Shown piece after piece: positions 39,036 to 51,066 of a stretch of 64,000 nucleotides of DNA; position 1 is the first letter of the stretch, and each line of letters opens with the position of its first letter. The notes beneath the pieces are model-generated. The model was not told where the DNA came from, did not search any database, and saw nothing but the letters and a program-made list of their open reading frames with translations. The stretch is from Malacoraja senta. Taxonomy: Eukaryota. The position numbers and the translations under genes were made by a program. The stretch covers positions 5,766,001-5,830,000 of the forward strand of contig CM075992.1 of the NCBI GenBank assembly GCA_038087875.1, given 5' to 3'.

Positions 39036-40580
39036 CTTATTCTAAAATTGTTTTGTTTTTTCTTCAAATCATCAATCTACGCACAACACCCCATAATAAA
39101 AATGCGAAAACAGGTGTTTAGACATTTTACAAAGTAATTAAAATGAAATAACTGAAATATCACATTTACATAAGTATTCAGACCCTTTACTGAGTACTTT
39201 GTTGAGGCACCTTTGGCAGCGATTACAGCATCAAGTCTCCTTGGGTATGACGCTACAAGCTTGGCACACCTGTATTTGGGTAATTTCTCCCATTCTTCTC
39301 TGTAGATCCTCTCAAGCTCTGTCAGGTTGGATGGGGAGCGTCAATGCACAGCTATTTTCAGGTCCCTCCAGAGATGTTCGATCGGGTTCAAGTCCAGGCT
39401 CTGGCTGGGCCACTCAAGGACATTCAGAGTCTTGTCACGAAGCTACTCCTGCGTTGTCTTGGTTGTGTGCTTAGGGTCGTTTTCCTGTTGGAAGGTGAAC
39501 CTCCGCCACAGTCTGAGATCCAGAACGCTCTGGAGCAGGTTTTCATCAAAGATCTCTCTGTACTTTACTTCGTTCATCATTCCCTCGATCCTGACTAGTC
39601 TCCCAGTTCCTGCCGCTGAAAAACATCCCCACAGCATGATGCTGCCACCACCATGCTTCACTGTAGGTATGGTATTGGCCAGGTGATGAGCGGTGCCTGG
39701 TTTCCTCCAGATGTGACGCTTGGCATCCAGGCCAAAGAGTTCAATCTTGGTTTCATCAGACCAGAGAAACTTGTTTCTCATGCCTTTTGGCAAACGCCAA
39801 GCGGGCTGTTATGTGCCTTTGACTGAGGAGTGGCTTCCGTCTGGCCACTCTACCATAAAGGCCTGATTGGTGGAGTGCTGCAGATATAGTTGTCCTTCTG
39901 GAAGGTTCTCATCTCCACAGAGGAACTCTAGAGCTCTATCAGAGTGACCATTGGGTTCTTGGTCACCTCCCTGACCAAAGCCCTTTCCCCCCGATTGCTC
40001 AGATTGGCCGGGCGGCCAGCTCTATGAAGAGTCCTGGTGGTTCCAATGTTCTTCCATTTAAGAATGGCGGAGGTCACTGTGCTCTTCGGGACCTGCAATG
40101 CTGCAGAAATTGTTTTATATCCTACCCCAGATCTGTGTCTCCACACAATCCTGTCTCGGATGTCTACGGACAATTCCTTCATCTTCATGGCTTGGTTTTT
40201 GCTCTGACATGCACTGTCAACTGTGGGATCTTACATAGACAGGTGTGTGCCTTTCCAAATCATATCCAATCAATTTAATTTATCACTGGTGGACTCCAAT
40301 CAAGTTGTAGAAACATCTCAAGGATAATCAATGGAAACAGGATGAATCTAAGCTCAATTTTGAGTGTCGTAGCAAAGCTTATGTAAATACTTATGTAAAT
40401 GTGATATTTCAGTTATTTCTTTAATTTGCAAAAATTTCTAAACACCTGTTTTCGCTTCTTCATTCTGGGGTATTGTGTGCAGATTGATGATTTAAAAAAT
40501 GAATTTAATTTTGAAATCCATGTTAAAATAAGGCTGTAACGTAACAAAATGTGAAAAAGTGAAGGGGTCTGAATACTCTC
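39036..40580 (-). mobile_element. Tc1-like DNA transposon with long inverted repeats and pseudogenised DD34E transposase
   Basis: Paired-like HTH (39928-40188), [43 protein letters not shown]; inverted repeats ~39040-39190 and ~40370-40580; stops and frameshifts. Confidence 0.93.
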
Positions 40581-42792
40581 TATGTAGGAAGGAATAACTA
40601 GTTACAAGTTAGAATGCCTCATCCACAAACAGCCTTGTCCAGTTTGGTGATATGCTCCTTAAGGTTGTTGGAACTGCACCCATCTAAGCAGGGAGAAAGT
40701 AGTCTTCTGGCTTGTGTTTTGTGGATGGTGAAAAGATTTGGGAACTCAAACGTGAACAAGCCATTCCTGGGCGATTTCCCATATTGTTAGGGTCGGCACC
40801 AGTATAAAGACTGCATTGGAGCCGAGAGCTGTGCTTAACTCGAGTACCATAGTGCAGTGGACTGTGACACATGATATAGTCTATGCAGGTAGACACAAAA
40901 TGCTGGAGTAACTCAGCGGGACAGGCAGCATCTCAGGAGAAAATTGAATTGGTTAAATATTGTTTTCTATGGTGCTGAGAATCACAGGAATTGGGGACGG
41001 CCAATTGATTTGGCACTTCTGACTGAATGCAGTTGCGATACTTCCATCTCAAGTTTAACACCAAATCCCTAGTCTATGAAGGATCGGGGCGTACTTGGAG
41101 TCATCTCCTCCATTCAGATATTTAATTGCCCGCCACTATTTACAACTAGATGAGACAAGAGTATAATTGTTGTTGTTTTGCAACTTCATTAGATTGGAAT
41201 CTCATCTACCATATTCTGGTGTCTCTCTTACACTGCTCATTGAACCATATGCCATCATTATATGCACTGGTCCCAGCTGGCAAATACTGAAGCACGGGCC
41301 TTTGATATACCCATTCCCCATCCATTATGGTGCTTTATCCTACACTGGCCTCAATATTGGTTTGCCCATTCCATGCACTAAACTGAAATATAAATCACCA
41401 ACAAGTGCTGCAATGTTACATCAGGAATTATTTTTGTTGCATCATTGTAATGTAGGAAACAAGGCAGACAAATTCCAATTGCTTTATTGCAAAAACAGCA
41501 CCACTCAAACTGTATATGGAAAAAATTCTCTGCTCATTACAAATGTTTTTTCTAAGTTCACCTTCCTCATTATGAACCTTTGTCTAAAAAATGACTACTT
41601 TTGATTAAGGGCAGTTGGACTCATAATTATCATATATAAACTAAACACTTAAACGTGTGCAGCACTAGAAGATCAACTAGATTCCTTAAAGAGTCAAACT
41701 GTTGCTGTTAAAATAAATTGAGAGAATGGGATAGCATTTGGTTTTGGTTTGTAGATATTAGCCAATAAAATAATTCAAACTAACAGTTATTCTACGAAGG
41801 TTTAAGATGTCCAAATGTCCAAAAAATGAAATGCTCAACAAATGGACAATTTGGCCAGCAAATAATTAAACAGAAATACCTACCAACATATTTATTTTGT
41901 GTTTGAAGAATTGCTACTTAAGTTTCATTTATTTTTTTACTCACTCTGTTAATACAAGTTGAAAGTAACATGTGACATTTTGGAATCTATAACCTCCAAC
42001 TGGTGGTGAAGGGGGAACTCCAAAATATGGCATGGTGCCCCATACAGACTACCCTCCCTAAACGAAGAGCTAAAATTTCAAGTTACTGAAAAAAAGGCAG
42101 CATTCATTGTTACATCAACAGTCCATCGCAATTTTTTTTCCTGTGTTCGCTTTATCCTTTAAATACCAACGATGTCCCCGCATTCTTTGTATTTCAGAAT
42201 TTATGGGGATTATGCCGATTTTTAAAACTGTTTATTTCACACATAACTTATCCAAAGTTTAACTAGCTGGAAGTATATTAAACACTTCAAAATATGAAAA
42301 TCGTTATCTTCCACAATTAAACTGGAGGTTATGGGAGTTGAAAGGGGGGTGCAACATGCAAGAAATTCTATTAATCCAGTTTAAAACTGACACCTATTTC
42401 ACTGCCTCGATTCTTCTCTCTTGGTTACCCAAGTTTTAGAATGACACAACACAATTAATCGTGCTGGCGGGAAAAATAACATGGCCAAGGCACTAAGAAG
42501 AAAATATTGGCAAAAGCATCCCAAGACAACGATCAGAAATAAAAGCACTCAACTTACCCTAGTGCACATTTGCTTCCAACACCATGTATAAAAGGCTCAT
42601 CCTTGTTATTGAAACAACCTTCAAAACCTACTCTGCAAATGTCCTAACAACTTTAATGCAGGTGTATAATCCAGTTCTCTCACACTCACCAAGAAAATCA
42701 TTCCGCATGAGATGAGACTGAGAAAGGAGACTGCATGTGGAAACAAAAAATCTACACTGTGATAAAATATACATCGTCACTTCGCAGCAAAA

Positions 42793-42992
42793 NNNNNNNN
42801 NNNNNNNNNNNNNNNNNNNNNNNNNNNNNNNNNNNNNNNNNNNNNNNNNNNNNNNNNNNNNNNNNNNNNNNNNNNNNNNNNNNNNNNNNNNNNNNNNNNN
42901 NNNNNNNNNNNNNNNNNNNNNNNNNNNNNNNNNNNNNNNNNNNNNNNNNNNNNNNNNNNNNNNNNNNNNNNNNNNNNNNNNNNNNNNNNNNN
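42793..42992. other. Assembly gap (200 N)
   Basis: Run of N; a SINE head abuts it at 42993-43028. Confidence 1.
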
Positions 42993-44470
42993 GGCAGCAG
43001 CTCTACCAGCTGCGCCACTATGCCACCCCATATGTTAATATGGAAGAGTTTCATTCTGAAAAGTCAAGTTCACTTCACAAACCATATGATAAACTGCTAC
43101 AAATCTACACAAGCCTGAATTGACAGGACAAATCTAGTGGCTGCACAAAAATATTAGAAATAGGAACAGGAATAGGCCATATAGTTCCCTATTCATCGAT
43201 ACAATGGCTGATGTCCCATCTCAGCACACTATCCCTATATTCCTTGATGCTCAAATTCTGCTCTATTTCACATGAACATAACCAAGCTGGTACAGTTCTC
43301 CAGGGTAGAAATACCCAAGATTCAACACTCTCCAAAGGATTACACGACTGTTTATATTTACACGGTAGTTTATATTTGTTTAGTTTAAAGATACAGCAAG
43401 AAAACAGGCCCTTCGGCACACCACGTCCATGCTGACCAGCGATCCAAAACATCCTAACCCGTTGCCTATCTATCCCCTTGACAGATGCTGAATTACCCCA
43501 GCACCTTGCGTTTTGCAAGTTTGTAACTTGGCACGCTGCTTGACATTTTCTTCTGTATTTACCAATTTGAATGACATATGACGTTGAACAAAGGAAAAAA
43601 TTGACATGTGCTATTCCATAACCAATCTAATTTTGCAGCAGGGCACACAATCAGTTTGGATTATTATTCTGAATTGTATTTATGAACATAACAACACTGC
43701 CAGATAGAGCTGATTATTAAATGCAGAATTATAATGCCACAATTAATACTTTCTCTTCACGAAAAAAACTGGCTGCAAGGAAATCAGTCACATTAAGCTC
43801 AAGTTTAAAAAAAACTGACAACAATCATATAATCGGTATGTATGTCATAGCATACATGCATATCAATCAAGCAGAAGCGAGCAAATGGGTCCATGCTTGC
43901 TCCACTATTTAATAAGGGCCCGGTTGATTTGACCATAAACCTCAACTCTGCGTTCCCATTTATGCAGCTTCATTTATTATTTCATCCATGTGCCAATAGA
44001 CATAGAAACATAGAAAAATAGGTGCAGGAGTAGGCCATTCGGCCCTTCGAGCTACATACCTAAAAAAATATTCAAAGACCACTTGAACTGCCCTTTGGAA
44101 AGGAATTCCAAAAACCTACAATCCCCTGAGAAAATACATTTGCTTCATCTCGCCAACACGCAGGAGTTCAACCATTTTCTAGGTCCCATTTGGTCTCCGT
44201 AGTGACCACATTAGAATTCAAAAAGACCAGAATACCGTAAAGTGCACCAAGGTCTCAGCCCATGCAACTTCTAATATTTTCAACTTTGGGATTCTGATAT
44301 AACATTGTCTTAAGACAGACAATGAAATAAAGCACAGGTTATTTTAAGCATTGATAAAAGATTCAATACAAGACGACGGACACCTCAAAGTAATCAGAGC
44401 TGCTTCAATGGTGTTTCATAATACAAGATCTAAAATTACAGCTGAAAGACACTATAAAGTATAGGCTTAC

Positions 44471-44901
44471 TTTAATAGTACAGAGATCCATTGGGTGTTT
44501 TATAATGTCATGATAATCATGCAGTCCCAAGGCGTCTACGTCCACAGGTTTGTAGAAGGGCCAGGCATAGGCTGCGTGCTTCTTGGCGAACATATCCTTT
44601 AAAATCCCAGTGCAGCACTTCAACTGTTCTGAAACGTTTCCACTGCCGACCACAAGCTCCCCGCCACCACCATCACCACCACTTCCGACAATCCCAACAC
44701 CTCCACCCGCACTCTTCTCAGATGAAGTTGCTGCTGTGAGTCTGGAATCTCTTTCTTTGCAGGTTTGGGAGGTCTGCCACTTCTGGAAGGGATCTTTGCA
44801 GGTTTGGGTTCAGTCATTAACGGAGAAGACTCTCGACTCTTCACTGCAACGTTGGTTGTTGGAGTTGTTGTATCAGCTTTCCTTTTCACACCCTTTTTAT
44901 G
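44471..44901 (-). CDS. BRD4: BRD4 exon 6 (motif A and first half of BD2), with an apparent 1-nt frameshift
   Basis: [16 protein letters not shown]...KKEIPDSQQ then, in another frame, SEKS...[32 protein letters not shown]...HPMDLCTIK; GTAAGC donor; 431 nt where 432 keeps frame. Confidence 0.93.
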
Positions 44902-45496
44902 CTTAAAAATAAAAGAGAACATTTTAGAGTCAAATATCCCAATTGAGGAAATATTAAATAACCAGCAAATGACAAATGAGAAGGGAATTAATTTAATATC
45001 TGCATTGGTGGTCAATGATCTGTTCAAAAAAGATTTGTAAAATGGACCCCACTACTACAAAACACAATTTTCCCCCCTGTACATTGGAGAATGCCTGAAT
45101 TCTGACTATTTCGCGAGAACAGACAGAGCCAATAACTGATATCAGAATGAAAGGCATGAAAATTCCAACCCATATCTCATTCTTGTTGTTCTCTCCCAGT
45201 TCTTATTTCTCAAACTCTTCCCCAAAATTCAGCCATAAAGTCATAAATATTTTCCAATATGTGAAAAAAAGAATACAATAAACACATTCAATTTGGAAAC
45301 TCAGTCATTAACGATCAATTTTCCTGTCAATGTGTTCGTGTCCACAAATACTAACTTATTGATATCTTCCTGAGGACATAGATATGAGGCAATTAAATCC
45401 TGCATACTTGGAACTACTCCCCAGCTTGGGCAAAGTTAGCCAAGAGTAAATACGAACCAAACACTCTGGAGGGAATGGTACTGTAGAGGTAATTAC

Positions 45497-45800
45497 CTTT
45501 AAAGGCTGTGGTGCTGTTGTCATCACAGTTGTTGGCGTGAGTGTCGGCATTGGGGTGCTGAAGTATGCGGAGACACTGTTGTGGTTGGAGGCTGGACTAT
45601 CAAGTCAGGAGTTGCAGGAGGAAATGACTGTGGCGTGGGTGCCGGCACAGATACCAATGGAAGCTGCGGCTGTGATGGTGCAGGCTGAGATGCCTGAGGT
45701 GCCCGCTGAGGTGGTGGCTGCTGTGGTTGTGCTGGTGCGGATACTGGCATTGTCGTCTGTGTGACAGTCTGTACAGTTGACACGTTGGTTTTAGAATGAA
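45497..45800 (-). CDS. BRD4: BRD4 exon 5 (Pro/Gln/Thr-rich linker), with an apparent 1-nt frameshift
   Basis: VHSKTNVSTVQ...FPPATPDLIVQPP...TTAPQPLK; ttttttttag acceptor, GTAATT donor; 304 nt where 305 keeps frame. Confidence 0.9.
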
Positions 45801-46302
45801 CTAAAAAAAACAAAGAGAGTCATTTACATTAAATATTCAAAGCGAAGGTTACAAAATAAAGTAAATTTCAAAAAGCTTTCCAGTCACCACAAGTTTAAAA
45901 TGTACATAAAAAATGTAACAATGTTAGGATTCAGTGAACAATATCATAATCAAGTCTGAAGAAGGGTTTAGACCCGAAACGTAGCCCATTCCTTTCTCTT
46001 CAGATTATTCATTCATGGCCAACACACTAAAAAAAAAACACATATTAATGGAAACTATAGGTTTGTGGAAAAGCTGGTTAAATCTCCGTCATAAAAGTAT
46101 ATGTGGATCATCTATCAAACATTTCTGAAAAATTATTTTTGAGGGAAAGTTAGGAACCAGACCCTTGGAATACCAAGTGCTTGACAGTTTGCTGTATCAT
46201 TGATGGTCGAAGTGGAATGACACGATTCATAGTCAAATAGTCTCAAATTGCGAACAGTCTAATGATATTAAATTTAGCACTAAAAAAAAAGATACACCCT
46301 AC

Positions 46303-46441
46303 CTGCTTCTTTTCTGCTTCGTCCCCGTGATCCTTTGGTAGGCTGGATGGGTACTTCAATCTCTTCTTGTGGCATCTCTGAAATTTTCTGAAGAAATATC
46401 TTTTCCAAAGCTTCTGCCATTAAGACTATATCATCCCCTTG
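46303..46441 (-). CDS. BRD4: BRD4 exon 4 (end of BD1)
   Basis: 139 nt, [46 protein letters not shown]+G; aacag acceptor, GTAGGG donor, phase 1. Confidence 0.95.
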
Positions 46442-47134
46442 CTGTTCAAGAAAAGAAAAATCTATTTGTACAGTTACTTTGAATATAGCTCAAACATCAA
46501 GACATTTTGGCGACCATAAGTCTAGTTTCATTTAGGATGTCATGCAAGTCTGTTGAAGCACAGCCACATTCTCTCAAAGCTGCAACTTTAAATAGGATAC
46601 TAGACCTGCACACCATATTCTAGGTTGAATCTCAACAGGGTCTTATGCAATTCTGGCAAGATAGCTTCAGGTTTTGTTCTGCACAATGACTTATAATAGT
46701 AGGAAATGAGACCAAGTTTCTTCTGAATATCAAAACTTCAATTTCCACCATTTAAAATAAAAACTGATTTTCTACCAAAGTGGATGACCTCAGTTTTCCA
46801 CCTTTTATTTAGCAAGTCTTCTTCCATTCACTCACTGTCTCTATCCCCTTTAAGCTCATCACTATTTTCCACATAACCAGCTTGCCACCCTGTTCTGAAA
46901 TGGCAACAAATTATTTAGCTATTACATCCGATCCTCTCACCTCCTTTGATGAAACAGACCGTGAATAGCTGGACTGCAACAATGACCCTTGTGTCACTCG
47001 ATAGATTACAGCTCTCCAAACCAATAGTGACTAAAAAAAGGAATATTCCGAATAAAGAGTACATTAGAACTGTATGTTTATTTCTCCCCTTTTCTGTTCA
47101 TTAACTATTCCTCATCCACATCAAGTACCTCAAT

Positions 47135-47287
47135 AGACACAAAAAGCTGGAATAGCTCAGCGGGAATGGGTGACGTTAAGACCCTTGAAGGATCTCTCTA
47201 GAGATGCTGCCTGTTCCGCTGAGTTACTTCAGCTTTTTGTGCCTATCTTCGGTTTAAACCAGCATCTGCAGTTCCTTCCTACACATT
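47135..47287 (+). mobile_element. Penelope-like fold-back with internal deletions
   Basis: TSD TCAAnTACCTCAAT at 47121-47134 and 47288-47301 (one mismatch). Confidence 0.75.
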
Positions 47288-49111
47288 TCAACTACCTCAA
47301 TCCCCGGTGCTCCGATTGCTTAATAATCTGGTTTCTAGTATATTTTCAAAGACCTTCCAGGTCTTAATACACCACACCTACTGGTTCACATCAATTTTGC
47401 TTGTTTCAAGTTTAAAAATCTTAAAGACTTTTCAAACAGCTCTCCCTTTCATAAATCCGTATCGACTCTTCCCTATTTAACTGCCCTATTATCAAGTCCT
47501 CAACATTAGATTCTGGCAGTTTTCCTGTGATAACATAGTTTGAAGCTGGCCACCTGATTTTATTAATTAAGATCATATCTGTTCTGCCTCCACATTATTT
47601 TCGTGCACTATCCAAAAATCTGTTACTATTTTGAGTAAACTCTATGCTGGGTGTCCACAGCCTTCTTTGTAGAGAATTCCAAACCTTTGGTCTTGCATTG
47701 TATTATTGTGTTTGTGCACATTACTGAAATTACACACCACTCTGTAAGCACCATGATGGATTGATGTCAGTTAAATCTGATCCCTCAAAGAGGAAACAGG
47801 ATCTCAAATTGCAGTTTATATATAATCCCAGATACAGAACAAGTGAAACACACACAGTCCATTTTACGAAGATCACGTTTGTTACATTCTTTAAGCAAAA
47901 TCACTTTAAATCATAACATTGAAGTACAGAAGAGCATGATGCTTCCTGGACATCAGCTACAACTTTTCCATCAGTCATGTTGAAAAAAAATTCTGCTGTA
48001 ATAACCATCCAAATCAACAGCAGTTTTCCATCTAATACACTGCCTCTGCCATGCCCCCCACCCACCCCAATCAATCAATAAAAGGTCATAATTGGTGCAT
48101 CAGAATATTCATTTTCAATATTAGGGAGCCTTGGAATATGTCCCTGGATATTCCAATCCTCTCAGTTAGACACTTGATGCAAAATGCCAGTTGTCAGAAT
48201 ACACAAGTAATGCTAGAATTTCTCCACACAAAAAACTTTAAATTACAGGTTATTACAGTCATATTTACCCAATAAAGCTAATGTAATGAACAAAACACCA
48301 TTCTTTGTATAAATCCTTCCTTGTTATTTTAGTTCATTATGCTACAATCTAGCAGCAGTCCAGGAAGAACAAAAGTGATTTTAGTAATTAAGTCTATTTG
48401 TACTTCACGTTTAAGTCCATGTTATCTATTGACTTATTATCTTCAACTTTGCATACTTAAGGTTGGCAATGCATTGACGGGAATATTGACAAATATAAAA
48501 ACATGCTTCCAGAGCCTGTTCCTGTCATGTCTGATGATTCCTATTGATCATGAGATGGACTGCATTTGATAGCTTAAGCTGGCAAGTATTATTATCAACA
48601 GTTGGTGTGCAGCTGGAAACTGGGTTGGGGTCAGCTTGTTTTCACAGGCTTAAACAGGCCTGAAACCTATACAAGTTGTTTTATCCGGGGAACGGTCAAC
48701 TACAATGTGTCATTGCCAGCAGTATATGTAGCATCTCCATTTTTTTGTTTGAAGACTCTTAAAAATATCAAGGACTTGGTGTATTCACAGAATGTAAAAT
48801 GTTGAAATACATAAACAAGTGCATATATCTTTGAGCAGATATTCTTGTACGATTGAATTTCCATCATGAAGCAAACACCATGAAGGTTTCTATGAAAATC
48901 ACAGCTGGAGTTAGGTACCGAACAACTGCTTAGGTGCCAGAATCATACATCAAAGTGTTCACCGTTGTAGCAGAGGGCTTGGCTGTGACAAGGAGAGCAA
49001 CAGTCTGGAAGTAAACCACATTTGTTTCCTTACATGATTGATCCCAACATTTTCTCTTAAGAATTATGTCAGAAAAACTGGTTATTTTTCCCTCTCATTG
49101 CACATGTATCA

Positions 49112-49297
<186 letters not shown>

Positions 49298-49449
49298 TCA
49301 AAACAAAGATTTTTTTACAGTACAATTCATTTTGTCGGTGGTTTAAGAGCATCGCTAAGGTTTGGAGACAGGTTGAGCTGAAGTGGTCCTTCCTCAGCAC
49401 CACTGCTAGCAACATTGTTGTATTTCTACGCTAAAGCCAATTTCAATAG

Positions 49450-49757
49450 ATGTGGAGAGGATGTTTCTACTAGTGGGAGAGTCTAGGACCAGGGTAAAAG
49501 GACATACCTTTAGAAAGGAGATGAAAATAAATTTATTTAGACAGAGGCGGGTGAATCTGTGGAATTGCCACATTGCCAGTAGACGGCTGTGGAGTACAAG
49601 TCATTGGGTATTTTTAAGGTGCAGATTGACAGATTCTTGATTAGTAAGGGTAACAGATGTTATGGAGAGAAGGCAGAAGAATTGGGTTGAAACAGACCAG
49701 CCATGATTGAATGGCAGAGTATACTTGATATTCTGCTCCTATAACTTATGAACATGA
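49450..49757 (+). mobile_element. CR1-like LINE 3' end
   Basis: VERMFLLVGESRTR...RVNLWN; tail ctgctcctataacttatgaacatga. Confidence 0.75.
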
Positions 49758-49854
49758 GTAAGTCCGCCTGCTTTCCATTCCTGAAGTCAATCAGTTCTCC
49801 CATATCGCAACCTTAATGATCCCACAAGTCACGTCCAACAGTCTAGTCAACAGC

Positions 49855-49947
49855 TCAGTCTGAAGAAGGGTCTCAACCTGAAACATTACCTCTTCCTTTT
49901 CTCCAGAGATGCTGACCCGCTGAGTTACCCCAGCATTGTGTCTACCT
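49855..49947 (+). mobile_element. Penelope-like pseudo-LTR fragment
   Basis: cagtctgaagaagggtctcaacctgaaac...gtgtctacc. Confidence 0.75.
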
Positions 49948-50709
49948 TTAGTCCAGTCAAACATGATCCATTTCACAAATCTACATCGACTTTGCTGACC
50001 TATTACTACTTAAGGTATTGCGTACAATAACAGGTTCCTGGCATACAAACATCTTTTAATTGCTCACCATTAAAAAAAGCCTTGTTTTCCTCCACCAAAG
50101 GTTTCTTCCCTTCCCACATAATATTCCACATTCTCACTCGTTCACTTAATCTATTTAAATCTCCCCAACAACACTCTACAGACATTTTAGAGTCCACAAT
50201 GCCACCAGGCTTTCCATTCTGCAGTATTTTGCTTCTGACGTCAATTCCTCCATCTAGCTTCATTCTGAAACTGAATCAGACCATTTAGAAATCAAAAATA
50301 CTACAGATTTTGAGAAATCTGAAACTAACAGAAAATCTCTAATTGTTCACATTAATTTCAATCAAATGGTTCTATTAGTAACCATATGACAGCGACAATA
50401 AAGCTCCTTGGACACCATATAGTTGACCAATAGTAATCTCCATGGGCCAATCAGGTCACACATAAAGCCATCAATGGCCTGAACCATCCGAAGGTTAAAA
50501 ATAAGAAGGCAAGGTTTCACCAGAATCTGCCACAACCTGCCCCATTAAAAACAAATTACTGAGTTTTTTTCCTGTTTTCTGCAGATAACTTCAAATTTTA
50601 CTATTTTTGCACAAAATCCAGTGTGTTAAGCATCATCTTTGCCCATTGCTGCTGAGACAATATAAGCTCTTACAGATAAGCTAATTTCGCAATACCCATT
50701 CCACATTTC

Positions 50710-51066
50710 CTTGATCATCGTCTGCTTTGATCTGTCGTTTTCACACCCTGCCCTTCCACATATCTCGTCTCTCTCTCTCCCCGACTTTCAGTCTGAAGAA
50801 GGGTCACGACCCAAAACGTCACCCATTCCGTCCCTCTAGAGATGCTGCCTGCCCCACTGAGTTCAAGAGGGAGCTAGATAGGGCTCTTAAAGATAGCGGA
50901 GTCCGGGGATATGGGGAGAAGGCAGGAACGGGGTACTGATTAGGGATGATCAGCCATGGCGGTGCTGGCTCGAAGGGCCGAATGGCCTACTCCTGCACCT
51001 ATTGTCTATTTCTCCAGCATTTTGTGTCTACAGTGTAAACCATCATCTGCAGTTCCTTCCTCCACA
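50710..51066 (+). mobile_element. Penelope-like 3' end interrupted by a CR1-like tail (~50860-51010)
   Basis: Pseudo-LTR split at ctgagtt / tctccagc by FKRELDRALKDSGVRGYG and a ctattgt tail. Confidence 0.75.

Noticed and set aside
39199-39686. Plus-strand ORFs up to 119 aa
   Set aside because: Antisense to the Tc1 transposase.
42735-43123. ORFs spanning poly-X
   Set aside because: Artefacts of the 200-N gap; no expected BRD4 exon is missing across it.
44654-44712. A tiny intron in exon 6 that would remove the Gly-rich tract and repair the frame
   Set aside because: Under 60 nt, purine-rich with no polypyrimidine tract and a GAG acceptor; the SEKS match to human PEKS lies in the downstream frame, placing the indel upstream of it.
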